Below, piece after piece: positions 27,253-41,500 of a stretch of 64,000 nt of DNA. Made by a program: the position numbers and the translations under genes. This DNA is from Paramecium tetraurelia (Eukaryota), in NCBI GenBank assembly GCA_000165425.1, contig CT868274.1, positions 1-64,000 of the forward strand, read 5' to 3'. Position 1 is the stretch's first letter. Each line of letters starts with the position of its first letter. Below the pieces are notes generated by a model that had not been told where the DNA came from, did not search any database, and saw only the letters and a list, made by a program, of their open reading frames with translations.

Positions 27253-29308
27253 ATGCTACAGAAATGCAAAGATGGATTTCGATAAATAGATATATTCGGC
27301 TAATCTATAAATCTTAGTTTTCGTTAAGAAGAACAATACAAAACAAGTATGGGAGGTTTTTTGTCGATTTGTATCATCGGGACAATTATAAGCTTTTTCT
27401 ATTCGAACATTATCAATTTTTTTGCAAGATTGAATGTGACTTCTACTCAAGAATTTACGTTCGCAGATGATCCTGATATTCTAATTTTGAATAATGAACA
27501 CTTCATGTTTGCAGTTCAGATTGAACAAGATAATTTTACAACGAACCCTTTTTTTAATATCACTGTTGAACAGCGTCACTATAATCGTTTTCCAAATGGA
27601 ACTTAATATCGCTACCCAAATAAATATATTGATCTCGTGCCCTGCACCATTTAACATTTTTAGCCCTTATTCGAAAAGTACAGTGTGGATTTTAGAGAAT
27701 AATTTGAACAGCAAAATTTATAAAACTTCTTATGTCCCAATCTCAATTTTGTTCATAGTCTCAATATGACTGTTGGAGGTGTATGGGCGAGCGCGGACTA
27801 CTACTTTTTGAAGTTTTCGGTAACTAATTGTAAGGATTCCTCAACAAGTAATTTTACATGGAAGCCTACCTGTAAAACTTCAGATTAGATTTAGGCAACT
27901 TTGAATGCATAAGGAAGCTTTCGATTTTAAGTTTATACTACAAATTTTGTAAATAAAATCATTATTTTAATAGCTTATTAATCCAAACAGACCTGAAAAT
28001 TTTGTATAACCTTACTTAGCTGTTGACCAATTTTATACTTTTGTTCCAGATAAAATGTTTGTCTAATCAGATATCTTTTTCAGAACAAAGAAGGTTACAA
28101 CTGATCAAGGGATCCTAATGTATCCTGATAAATAGAATGAAACCTTTGCTTTTCGAGATTATGGAGATCAAAGAGAACAATTTGAAATTTCAAGAATAAC
28201 TCCTAACTATTATGGAGCATTTTATTTCTAAAGAAGTCCATATTCTTATCAAATCAATAGAAAGTTCTTAAGGCTTGATGAATTACTAAGTTATTTAGGA
28301 GGATTCACTTAATTTATGATTGTAGTTGTGGGTGTAATAGTAAGATTCTATAATCGTTAACATCTAATTATATCTATTGCTAATGACTTATATGAGTATG
28401 ATATGAGTTAAGGCAGGCAGAATACTCAAATGCATTTAAAAAACTTATTGGATCGGACCTAGAGAGGCAAAGAGATGTTGAAGAGCAAAATGTCGAAGAA
28501 AATTGAAACTATTCCATAAATTCAAACTATGTCAGCTTTTTAAAATAAACCTGATATGTTATAGAAAAGAAAATTAAATATTGAAAAAAAGCAATCAATC
28601 GAAATATTTTAACCAACTCAATAAGCATTGCAATCCAGATTATCGGCTATGAAGGCGAAAACATTATAATATTTTGATGATTTCAAAGAATTTTTGAAGA
28701 AGAAACATATTATAGGACTAGGATTTAGAGTTATTTTAAGTTCCATAATTCCTATTGAATCCTTAAAAGATGATGATTGCATTGTTTTGGAAAAAGCTAT
28801 GTAAAGAATATATTAATTTAAGTGATTAAGTAAATAAAGAGTTAGATATCGAATATATAATCAAACAACTCCATGAATTAACCAAATTAAAGAAGGTGTT
28901 ATTTACTTCTGAATAGGTAACACTGTTTAATTTTAGTCGCAAACCCAAAATATCATTGATTTAAGATAAAAACAATAGAAGATCAACTAGGTAAGACTAT
29001 GAATTTATCTATTTAGATGTATTATTGACGGAGTTACAACAGCAGAGGATTATGGAATGATGAAACAATTTACTGATCTTGTTAATTCGTATGACAAAAT
29101 TACTGGATCAGAATTAGAAAATACAACTTAAGAATAAAGTCGATTCAATCAAAGATTAATTATTTTATTAGGCCCTGAGCTGATGAAAGTACTAGAAAAA
29201 GAATTAAGTGCCTAATAATAATAATAGATGGAATCTGAAAACAATGATCCAAAAGAAGAGGAGAACTTGTTTAGCGACAGAGAAATTTAAATACATCAAC
29301 GTAATTGA
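27253..29308 (+). CDS. Ciliate-expanded two-TM membrane protein (DIFG...GG family) with a large Cys-containing ectodomain
   Basis: MLQKCKDGFRQIDIFGQSINLSF..KTSMGGFLSICIIGTIISFFY (TM1); DLVPCT, FLCP; RLDELLSYLGGFTQFMIVVVGVIVRFYN (TM2); short introns; TGA 29306-29308. Confidence 0.85.
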
Positions 29309-29692
29309 AAAAGAATTCATAATATTAATATAATATTTAGTTATTTTTAATAAACTTCTTTTTCATAGGTTTGAGTGGATTTCATCAATTAGAACTTCCA
29401 CGTATTATTTTTATATAAGTTTCGATTATTAAGATAGACTACTCAGGATCAGGACTATTTAGATTTATACTTGTGTAGGAGATACTTAATAATATTTATC
29501 TATTTAAGAGTATCTTAAAAATTAGCATCTTAATTCTTAAATTATTCATAATGAATAAATCAATAATAGCTTGATTTTTTGAACAATTCTAGCTAATAGT
29601 TTGAATAGCTTATACATTAAATTATTTATATTAATTATGAATAATGAATTTTGAAATTGTTTAATTTTATTTAGAAATATTCATAAAATATT

Positions 29693-32600
29693 ATGTTTGA
29701 AGAAATTAAAGTGTGTGACATTATACAAGACGAAATTCAGCATTCGGAAATTACGCTCTCAGGAAGCCCTTCAAATGATTTTTTTGAATGCACAGATTAT
29801 TAGACATCTTTAGAAATTGATTAAATTGCTTATATCATGTATTTACTTAATGTTATTTGTTTTAGAAAATTAGCCAATAGATAGAAGGTGTCTATTAACA
29901 TATATAATATGTCAGAGATCTACAAACGACAAATTTCATATACTAGTGAGTATCTAAACTTTTCATCCCCTATTACATAAAATGGATGCACATTAATAAA
30001 GAATAATAATACACCTTACTTATTGGTTGTTACACAAGTTGGACACATCTACTATAAAAACTTAATAACTAAAACTTCAACCTTATTAAAGAATTTAATG
30101 ATTGAAAATATAAAAATAAAATGCTTTGTCTAATCGATGATTCTTAAAGACTAATTTCAGTTTTATTTGATGACTGATGCAGATCTTTTGTATCATGTAA
30201 CATTAGATGTAGTTGGAGGGGAATTTTTTAAAAATAAGTATCAAATAAGTTTTGGTACTAAATTTTTTAGTAAATATTTTAATAGAACTGTTTAAGATTG
30301 GAATGTTGCTTTTCAATTAAATGATAATTAAATTTTACATTTTTCATAAAATACTCAATTTAGCTTGTTGGAATATCGAGAACCTGAGTTTTAAACAATT
30401 AAACTATAATGTTAGGATAGCATAAAAACTTAGCAAATTCACATAATTTAATAAACTCCAAATGGACAATTATTTGTATGCTATTAATTCAATAATAATC
30501 TAAAAATGTGTACTATAAATTAAAACTAATTAATTGTTAATTATGTAGTAGATTTATCAAAAATTGAACTAAATAACCCTTATCATTTAAGTAGTACATA
30601 AGATCAAGTTATTTTGATTTAGGAATTTAAGATTTATTAATTAGATTAAGCCAAAAGGAATTTGGAATTAATTAATGAAAATCAATATTCAGTTATTGGA
30701 TATCTGAGTTAAGACACTTTATTATTATTTTATAAAACTTAATTAACATTTATCTAGTTAATTTCAGATCAGATTAGTAAAAAATAGAATTAATTAAGAA
30801 GTGAAGTAGCAAGGTTTAAAAATAATCTAGGAAAAGAATAAAATTTAATAGATGATGAAATAATTGTTTAAAAGATTGCATTTCATCCAACATCTCAAAA
30901 TGTTCTTAATCAATTCTAATAATTGATAAAAATAATGCATAAAAATTTGGATTAAAAAAAGGTGATCTCTATTATGAAATAATAACATAACAATTTTTTG
31001 CCTGACTTATTTATTGAGAATCTGATGGATGAAGTAGAAGATATTTATATTTTTATTAAATCTAGTTTTAAGAGTTAAATACTAGATCCTATTGAAATTT
31101 AAGCCGAATTAACTAATTAATTAGAAATTGTGAATTTCAATCTAGCGGAGTTTTTTTTTAGTAATTGTAGAATAAACAATCCGAATACATAAGCAGAAAG
31201 TAATTCTAATATATTTCCAATTGTTAAATCTTTAGTAATTTATACTTTAAGAGATTATTATTAAATGCAGTTAGAAGTCATTTTAGGATTTGGGGTTTTA
31301 CAAAGTCTATATTAGTAGCCATTATCACCTGATATCAATTTTAAGGTATTTTATGAAACAATGTGTTTACTTTCACTAGTTGAAGATAAAAGATTGATAC
31401 ACATCCAACAAATTTTATAAAATCAATTTCAACACGTAAAATGTTTAATTAATTTTAAAAATTTGAATTCTATCTCATAGGATTTGAAACTTTACATCAA
31501 TATAATATATAATGAAATTTTCTAGTGTTTAGTCATCCCTGATGAATACTTTTGTGAATAATTTGTTAAAAATCAGATAATATTCCATTCACATCACATA
31601 AATTCTAAAGGCATCATTAGACATTGTAGAATAGCTTAATAAACAAACTAGATTCCAACTGATGTAATTAAATTGATAAAGGAAAACTAAAATCTGAATT
31701 AGGAATTAAAATTAAAAATTAGTTTTACAATTTAAAAGCAAAACCCAAAATAAAACGAGGACTAAAATATAGTTTTAGATCGTTTGTTATATTATGCAAA
31801 TTAATTGAAGCAACATCATTTATTATTTCAAATCATTAATCTAAATGACCAATTATAAATTAAAGATACTTTGAAATTAATAGTCGATAATTTATTATCA
31901 TTCAAATTAAATGTGAGAACCACAGATAAGATGGGAGAATACTTACTCTAATTTTCAAGAGAAAAATATAATAATCTATAAAACAAGAACAAAATATTGT
32001 CTTACTTTAGTTACTTGATAAGAATAGAATCAAAAGCAAAAGTAATTTACTGATTATTATTTTAGGCCTACACTTTATTATTTGAGTATATTGTTAATTT
32101 AGAATCTTTGTTATTTAATCTATAATAAAAGGACTTAGTTTGGGTGATTAGAACACAATTAGATTGCATAAATTTGTTGCTAAATCAAATGTAACTGCAC
32201 AGTAGACATGACAGGAAACCCTATGCTTAATAAATTGTATGTAAAATAAAGGATGAAATTTATCGATAATTCTTAAATCCAAGTACATTAGAAGAATTGA
32301 GAGAATTTGAATAATATTCTTAAAGAAATATTAGAGTGATTAATATTGAATAAATTGAACTGTTCAATTAATACAAAAAGATCCAATGCTTTGTGAGTAT
32401 GAATTATAGTCCTTAGGCAAAATTGTAAAAGGTAGTAGAAGAATTGATCTTAAATAATAATATTGATTTGATCATTAATTTGGGAAGGTTGAGAATAGAT
32501 CCTAATTATGAGAGGAATGTGGCGTTTTGTTATTATTGGAATGAAGACTCAAGAGAGCAGTTGATTTAAGGATTGACAAGGATAATGAAGGAGCGAGAGT

Positions 32601-32749
32601 TGTCAATAGTGTTGGCTTAGATTTGTGTTTATTGTAATTTGAAAACCATTCATTGCCAAGAATTGTATTGCAAAGCACCTTGTTAGAATTCCTTTTTATA
32701 GTATCTCATAAGTGTTGATAAAGAATAAATTGTTTAAGAGATTATTTGA
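29693..32749 (+). CDS. Hypothetical ~1000-aa protein (beta-rich N-terminus, helical C-terminus)
   Basis: Long table-6 open frame from MFEEIKVCDIIQDE, intron near 29839-29865, TGA 32747-32749; no motif recognised. Confidence 0.7.
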
Positions 32750-32781
32750 TATTTTTATATATTATAAATTTAATTATCAGA

Positions 32782-35482
32782 ATGCTCGAAAATAATAAGA
32801 ATGCATTAATGAGTTGTAGTGCATTTAAAGAGAGTGGTGTGTTGAAGGGATGGGGAGAAAGGCTTTTAATATATGATCTGATATAATAGGTAAGGGCTTG
32901 ATATATAAAGAGATACTCAGGTATATTGACGTAAAGGGTTAAACATAAAAGCAGTTGTTGATTCAAAATTATATTATCCATCCAGTTGCATTTCATCAAG
33001 GGAAGTGGGCAATAAAGTTCAAAACTCAACAAGAGATAGAACCCAAAGTGGCTAGATTTGGTTGGAATAATCAATCTGAGGCGTTATAATGGTACGACTT
33101 TTTTAACGGGAAATACTTGGCTATATAAATAAAAAAGGAGAATTAGGAGAAAAAATTGCAGGAGTGGGATTAATTTATGCCAGAATCCGAAAGAGTGATA
33201 AATCAAGGGGTTCCTTCAATGGCCATAAAGCCAAGTTAGGTATCTCGAATGAGATAGATGATACCATTATTGCCTTAATTTTTATAAGTAAATACCGTAA
33301 TAAAAATAAGAATGACATTGAAATAATCTTAGAGAACACGCATGAAAATTTGCAAGGATTTTCGGATATCCATTCATTTAAAATTCTTTTTTAATCTCAA
33401 AACAAATAACTTTACCAAGATCCAAATGATTAATTGCATATGAGATTCTTTTTAAAATCTGAAATGCCTCCAGCAAGGATTTTCGATGTAAATATGATAA
33501 TTTTCCATATAATAGGAATTGTCAATACACACATTTGTGGACAATTGGAGTCCCTAAGTATCGATCTATTAAATATATCCAACAAAAAAAGATTGTGCAA
33601 TAATCTTCACAGAATTCAATATGGAGTAAAAGCAATTACATAACAACAAACTCAAATAAAACAAACCTAGAAGTTTAAAGGATATTGAATCTGAAGTCTT
33701 TTAAAACGATTCGTTTTCCAAATAACCGAAATCACACTTGTCTAATTAAAATGAAAAAATCAGATTGATTTACACCCAAAAACATTTTCAAATAGATGAA
33801 AATGCATATTGTATTATGAAAAAATATATTGGCAATGAGATACATCATAATCAGATAGACAAGGACAAAGTTGAAGGCACAGATGAATACAAAATCACTA
33901 GGTCCTGTGTGCTCATCTAGGCTAAATAAGAAGATAAGTTTAAGACCTAAATCATTGAAGACATTTATTTAGAATGCGAAGACAGAGATAAAGGAGAAGA
34001 AGTTATGAAAAGGTTTCTCCTCAATTTAGAAAACATAGATAATCAAATACTTGAAGCAGATCATTATATTAAGTAATAAACAGAACATGTACTTATCAAG
34101 AATGAAGACGACATTGATAATTTGTAGATTTCCTTTATTCAATTGGTACCTGAAGTGCCAAGAATTACTTCGGAATAGCATCAGCAATAATCTATTCAAG
34201 AATATAAAGAAATTCTAGATTTGGTTTCTACGGGATAATTTATATAAAAATCAATCTCAAGACAATTTAATTAAAATATACTTCACGGATTAGACAAATT
34301 TTTGGAAACAACTAAGGAAGAAGGTCATTTCTTACTTACTAAATATTATGAGGTAGATCCTAAAAAAGGAGGGTTGATATACACAAATAAGAAATTAATC
34401 AGTGATTAAAGAAGCGTATTATTGGATATAATCAAAAGAATGGGATCAAATTTATTGAGTGGAAAATCCTTAATGTCTGTTTCCTTGCCAATTTAAGTAT
34501 TCGAAGCAAGATCATTTTTGGAGAGGATGGCCAGAGGTCAAGGACATGCTCCTGTTTTTCTTGAAAAAGCTGCTCAAACTACAGATGTTTTAGAATAATT
34601 AAAACTCACAGTCTCATTTCATTTGGCAAGTTTCATGATGGGTGTTCAATAAGAAAAACCATTTAACCCAATCATTGGAGAAACCTTTGAGGGTCGCATT
34701 AAAGGGTGCCCTATTTATCTAGAGTAAACTTCTCATCATCCTCCCATTTCAAATTATATCATGCATGGAAGAGGGTATAAATTGTTTGGGGCATTCTGTC
34801 CCATGGTCAATATGGGAACTAATAGTTTGGCTGGTGAATAATAAGGCCATTCATAAATACATTTCTAAAACACTAATCTCAAATTCTACTATATGGCCTA
34901 ACCATTTATGCTTTATGGAGTATTATTAGGTTAGAGAAGTGTAAATTGTCATAAAAGAAGTTATTGTTTTTAACCTGACCATTAGTTATTAGTTGAAATC
35001 ACTTTTAACCCTAAAGATAAAAATGCTGGGTTTTTTAGTTCCTCATCATAAAAGATCGACTAGTTTATTGGGAAAATCTGTAAGGTCACACCAGAATGCA
35101 TTTAAAAATGTTTAAAAGCTCACAAAACTAATTCAGGCATAAAAATAAAAATTTAACCTTAAGAAATTTTAGACACATATAACATTAATATTAAAGGCAG
35201 ATGGACATCATTTTTACAATTTGACAATGTTACTTATTGGGATATTGAAATTCATAGGTAGATTGTTTTGATTTAATTTATTTTAGACCTTACATTCTCG
35301 AGTTGGAATCAAGTCCCTTACCTTCTGATTGTATCTATAGATTAGATTTACTATATATGAAGATGAAAGATAATTCGAAGGGTTAAGATGTAAAGGAGTA
35401 GATGGAAGTGGATCAAAGAAAAGATAAACAACTTAGAGAGAAATTTGGGAATAAGAATAAAAAGAAAAAGAAATCAAGTTGA
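32782..35482 (+). CDS. Oxysterol-binding protein-related protein with an N-terminal PH domain and a START-like middle domain
   Basis: PH: KESGVLKGWGERLL...EALQWYDFF; ORD signatures EKPFNPIIGETFEG, EQTSHHPPIS, LPSDCIYRLD; several short introns; TGA 35480-35482. Confidence 0.9.
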
Positions 35483-35717
35483 CTTTGAAATAATATTAAT
35501 AATTTAATTATGGCTCTATATAAACCTACAATAAAATAAATTCATTTTATTCTAGTAATGAAATATCAATTGATTTAAATAATGGAATTTATTCATCAAT
35601 AAGAGAAGTCAATGTTGAAGGTTTGTTATTTTTATTAATTGCTTTATAATTTAATTAGATAAATTCAATGAAACAATAATTTAATAGAATTTCATTTATT
35701 TGTTTTTATTATTAAAT

Positions 35718-37384
35718 ATGTACAAGATGAGAGTGAGAGTTCTTCAATCCATTAAGAGATTGTTTATTCCAAAAAAATACTGTTAATAAAACTTCAAAGT
35801 TCCACCCTTTACTGCAGGGATAACAGTTTTGTCTACGACTCTTATTTTGCATCTAAAATAAAAATCTGAAAAGAATGAAATACAAAACAATCAATAGAAT
35901 AATAACCCTCCTGAAAGTTACCCTCCTGAAATACCTAATTCTGAAAATAACCCTTCTTAAAAGATAGATTCATAGAATAAGGATTCATAAGCTAAAGAAG
36001 CTTAAAAAAATAATCATAATAATTCAACAACCTTACCTGATAACCATTTTTTTGCTTATATTTAGTATTACTTTGTTCAGCTTCATTCTCTTTATCCTCA
36101 GAATACGCTTTCCATGCCATATTCTACTAAGAAAACGCCTCTTTGGATTAAAGATTTCCTGATAGATAAAATTCTGTTCTATCCTACTTATATAGCTAAG
36201 GAAGATTAAGAATATCGTACATAGTAACCAGAATAACCCCCAAAACCACCCCCATAATCATCATAATCAGCTTAGTCTGCATAATCCCCATAATCAGCTT
36301 AACCAACATAACCATCATAGCCTGCATAATCCCCATAACTAGCATAACCAGTAGAGCCTGCATAATCCCCATAACTAGCATAACCATTATAGCCTGCATA
36401 ATCCCCATAATCAGCTTAACCATCATAACCAGTATAGCCTGCATAATCCCCATAACCAGCATAACCAGCATAACCAGCATAGCCTGCATAACCTGCATAA
36501 TCCCCATAACCAGCATAACCAGCATAACCAGCATAACCCCCAAAACCAGCAGATCCATCTTAACAACCATAACCAAAAGAAATAGAATTAATAAAATATC
36601 TTCTTGATAATTCATCGAAAAAAAGGAATGTAGATGAAAATTTAAAATACTATTTAATAGGAACATTAGTGAAAGGGGAATTTTAGAATTATTATTCATT
36701 GAAAAAATTAGAAGTAAAAAACAAACTATTGAGATATTGTAAAAAAATGATACATGTAAGAGGTGATGGAAATTGTTTTTACACTTCTTTTGGATATTAA
36801 CTATTAAGATTAGTGATTTATTAATATTCTGATTAAGAATTTAGAGTATTTCTCAATCAAAATTTCACAATACCATTCAAAATGTAGCTTAAAAATGAAA
36901 TAATAGGAAGTGAAGAGCAAGGATCGATTTTATTATAGAATTATAAAGAAAGAATACTCTATTTAAGAAATCTTGAACAAAATTATCCACAACATGTTGA
37001 TTATTCATAATAATTGATGATACATTTTAGAGCACATGAACAGTAAAATGATTAAGATGGTTATTTATAGCCATTGACCGTACTATTTCTAAGAAATTTA
37101 TGCATGTATCTTGTCGAAAATTGCGAAGAGGGATAAAATGTTTTTGATAAGGAGCAATTATTAAAATGGGAGGAGGAATGTAATAGTAATGAACAGGTGG
37201 TTGCAATATTAGCAAAGCATTTTTAAATGTATTAAATTAGTAATATTGTAGACATGTACAATTATTATATTTTGAAAAAGAAGATTTCAAACTATTTGAA
37301 TACTCAACTGAGTATTAAAATTAAAATAGGACAATCATCTTGCTTATTTAACCTGGACATTACAATATTGGTCTTAAAAATTGA
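35718..37384 (+). CDS. Otubain-like OTU deubiquitinase (peptidase C65-like), paralog 1, with a His/Asn/Gln repeat arm
   Basis: HVRGDGNCFYTSFGYQ (Cys 36774-36776), WEEECNSNE, LLIQPGHYNIGLKN*; intron 37229-37251. Confidence 0.88.
36240..36560 (+). repeat. Coding tandem repeat SLHNPHNQ(H/L)N(Q/H)
   Basis: Repeated agcctgcataatccccataac(t/c)agcataacc built on a 9-bp cataaccag-like unit. Confidence 0.9.
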
Positions 37385-37423
37385 TATTTTAAATTAATAT
37401 AAATAATAATTCAAAGATATAAA

Positions 37424-38477
37424 ATGGAATTTAGGGACTGAAATACGAAGATCCCCTCCTCCGATCCCAAAACATACTCTTAAGCTGTAGAAAGCACTGA
37501 AATGAATGAATCTTTGCAAATATTTTTCCTGAAATATCATAAGATGTGGAACTAATATCAATATTATGAATATCTCCTTTATGATAGATTTTAATAGGGA
37601 ATCCGATTCAATAATTTAAAGACTAATATGCTTAATAAGGTAGAAAGATTAATTTAATTTACGAAATGATATAATTTAAAACAATTACTTAGTGAATTAA
37701 TAGTATTCGCAAATTGGAGTAGATAAAGAATAAAAGCGGCATCAAATTAGTTATAACTTAAATAATAGCCATAGCAGCAATCTGCTAACAAAGTAAATGA
37801 TTTTGTTAATAAAGGAAATTAACTTATTTAAATAATATGCTGAGTAATATTTTATTATCTAAGCAAACTCAACCTTAAGTAAATAAGCCTCAAGAATTAG
37901 ATCCAAATAAACCTAATGATTATTAAGAGAGATAAACTAATCAGAGGAATAGGGTATGCTATATTAATAACTAAAGAAGCAGATAACTTTAATTTTTATT
38001 CTATTAAAATGTAAGCCTGAAAACGATGGAGAATAAGGTTGTTATTTTAGTTGACTATTTGAACAATATTTATCAGGCGATTCAGTATAAAATAATCGTG
38101 ATAAAGGCTTCGAATAGCATCAGAGTTACAGAAGCCGGTTCATCACATTTAAAATATTTCATCCTTAGGAACAATTCATTGATTGATAAAGAAAGAAAAT
38201 ATGATCATTGTTGAATGTTAGAATAGCAAAGGATGTTAATGAATTTTTTATGATAAAATTAATAGAAGGGAGGAAAGTATGTTAAATAAAGAGAATTGAT
38301 ATTCCTATTAGACTTGAATTGGAGAAAGCAGAGTATATGAGAGTTCATTGAATATACAAGTGATAATGGTAATGAAATGACAATGTTTGAGTTTTTGGAA
38401 AAAGATTAATGAGCTGTCAATTCTAGGAGAAAGAATAATTTAATGATGGACTATGACTATATGATGCGGAATTATGA
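37424..38477 (+). CDS. Hypothetical Gln-rich protein (exon structure unresolved)
   Basis: Open table-6 frame ~37430-37950 (LKYEDPLLRSQNILQAVESTEMNESLQIFFLKYHKMW..); start and 3' exons uncertain. Confidence 0.4.
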
Positions 38478-38567
38478 GTATTATTATAAATTGTGTACAC
38501 AAATACTATCTTTATCATGATTTAAAGGATTTAATTTAAAATCTAAAAATTCTTAACTTTTTTGTGT

Positions 38568-41500
38568 ATGGCTTAGAAGACAGATTTTACTAATGGTAAT
38601 GACTTGAATTTAATTAATAGTTGTCGAAAGACCCAACTTCCCTGAAGAGGAAGTCAGAATCCTAAAATATTGGGAATAGATCAATGCTTTTCATAAATAA
38701 TTGGAATTGACAAAAGATTTTCCACGATTTACATTTTATGATGGACCACCTTTTGCTACTGGATTACCTCATTATGGCCATATGTGTGCTGGTACTATTA
38801 AAGTATAATTTCGCAACAAATTTAGGATGTAGTATGCAGGTATTTTGCAATGAATGGGAGATATGTGGAGAGAAGATTCGGATGGGATTGTCATGGATTG
38901 CCAGTTGAACATGAAATTGATAAAACTCTTAAAATTTAACACAGAGGTGATATTTTAAAGGTTTTAAATGAGTATTATATGTTTAGATGGGTATTGATAA
39001 ATACAACCATGAATGCAGATCAATAGTCATGAGATATGCATCTGAATGGAGAAGAATAATAGGAAGAACAGGTAGATGGATCGATTTTGATAATGATTAC
39101 AAAACATTGGATACACCCTTTATGGAAAGTGTTTGGTGGGTCTTCAAACAAATGTGGGAGAAAGGCTTAGTATATAGAGGATGCAAAGTCATGCCATATT
39201 CTAATGGGTGTTCCACAGTTCTAAGCAACTTCGAGACCTAATAGAATTATAAGAATGTGTGGGATCCTGCTATTGTTGTGACTTTCCCATTGGTTAAAGA
39301 CGAGACGACCAAATTCGTTGCTTGGACAACAACTCCATGGACATTGCCTAGTAATTTAGCCTTAGCTGTTCATCCAGATTTAGTTTATGTGAAATTGCTT
39401 GATAAAGCATCTAATACTCATTACATCTTAGCAGAGTCAAGAATTGTTGAGTTGTATACTGATGCTAAGTTGTATGAGGTTGTGGAGAAATTCAAAGGTT
39501 CTGAATTAGTTGGAACTGAATACGTTCCATTATTCAATTACTTTTTGGAAAGAAAAGAATAAGGATGCTATAGAGTTTTGGCTGCCAATTTCGTTACTAG
39601 TGATGATGGTACTGGTATAGTACATTGTGCTCCTGGTTTTGGTGATGACGATTACAAAGCATGTTTAAAGGCTGGCATCATTGTTCCATCCGATCCTTTG
39701 GTACCCATTGATTCTAGTGGAAGATTCTTGGAGTCAGTCAAAGATTTCTCAGGAATGTAAGTCAAGGATGCAGATAAGGAAATTAGAAAGCTACTTAAAA
39801 CTAATGGAAGATTGATTAAGGATGGATAAGTTCAACATAATTATCCTTATTGTTGGAGATCTTAAACTCCATTAATATATAAGGCTGTTAACTGTTGGTT
39901 TATTAAGGTTACATCAATTAAGGATAAACTTGTTGTTAACAATAAGAAGGCTAGATGGGTACCATAATCAATTCAAGATGGAAGATTTAACAATTGGTTA
40001 GATGATGCCTAAGATTGGTGTTTCAGTAGAAATAGATTCTGGGGTAATCCTATTCCAATTTGGGTCAGTGACGATTTTGAAGAATCAGTATGCATTGGAT
40101 CTATTGAAGAATTGAGGTAACTTTCTGGAGTTGAAAATATCACAGATCTCCATAGAGAATACATTGATCATATTACAATTCCAAGTAAATAAGGAAAGGG
40201 TGTATTGAGAAGAATTGAAGAAGTCTTTGATTGTTGGTTTGAGAGTGGATCTATGCCTTTTGCTTAATAACATTATCCATTTGAAAGAAAAGAGTTATTC
40301 GAAACTATCTTCCCAGCTGACTTCATTGCTGAAGGATTAGATTAAACAAGAGGGTGGTTCTATACCTTGAATGTTATTGCAACAGCTTTACGTGATGATA
40401 CACCTTACAAGAATTTAATTGTCAATGGAATTGTGTTGAATGACAAAGGTGAAAAGATGTCAAAAAGTAAAAAGAACTATCCAGATCCTGAAATTGAAAT
40501 CATTAATCAATTCGGAGCTGATGCTATGAGATTGTACCTCATTAATAGTGGATTGGTTAAGGCTCAATCATTGAATTTCAGCAAAGATGGAGTTTAAGAA
40601 GTCATTAAGAACGTATTTTTACCATGGTACAATGCTTATAGATTTTTGATTCAAAATTTACAAAGGTATGAAAGTGTAATTGGCAAATTTGAATTTGATG
40701 AAAATGCAATAACGAAAGGTGACAACATTATGGATAAGTGGATTGTATCAAGCAGTCAAACTTTGGTTGAATTTGTTAGAACTGAGATGGAAGCTTACAG
40801 ACTCTACACAATTGTGCCTAGATTGATTAGCTATTTAGATATATTGACTAACTGGTATGTTAGATTGAATAGAAGTAGAATCAAGGGAGATTAAGGAAAT
40901 CAAGAATGGGTTGTTAGTTTAAATGTGCTTTTTGATGTGCTCTTAAAAATCACTCTTTTGATGTCACCATATGTCCCATTCATTACAGAATCATTCTATC
41001 AAAATCTCAAGAAATGCATTCCTTAAGGTAAAAATTATCAAGAATCAATTCATTTCCTTCAAATCCCTGAAGCGAAAAAGGAATTGATTGATCCTAAAAT
41101 TGAATCTCAAGTTGAAAAAATGCAAATAGTTGTTGAATCTGCTAGAAAATTAAGAGAAGCACATAAACTAAGTCTAAAATAACCAGTTAATAGTTTGACA
41201 ATCTTGGCAACAGATGAATAGTTACTTTAAAGTGTTCAATTCTTATCTAAATACATCGAAGAAGAAATCAATACACCTTCTGTCTTAGTTGAAAAGAATA
41301 TTGATCAATACATTCAACTCAAGGCTGAACCAGACAATAAGATTTGTGGATAAGAACTGAAAGATAAATTTGGACCAGATCTAATTTAATAAGTTCGTAA
41401 TTTCTCTCAAGAATAGATCCGTACACTCAAAACTGATGGTAAATTGTAACTCAAAGTCAAAGTAAAGAAAGAGAAGAAGGTTGAAGAATAAGTGTAATAA

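Noticed and set aside
36236..36252. CCCCAAAACC motifs (also ~36537) resembling internal telomere seeds
   Set aside because: Single short occurrences encoding Pro-Gln-Asn inside the coding repeat
36196..36699. Minus-strand hydrophobic MLVMGIMQA-repeat ORF
   Set aside because: Antisense shadow of the HN repeats, which are in frame with the OTU domain on the plus strand
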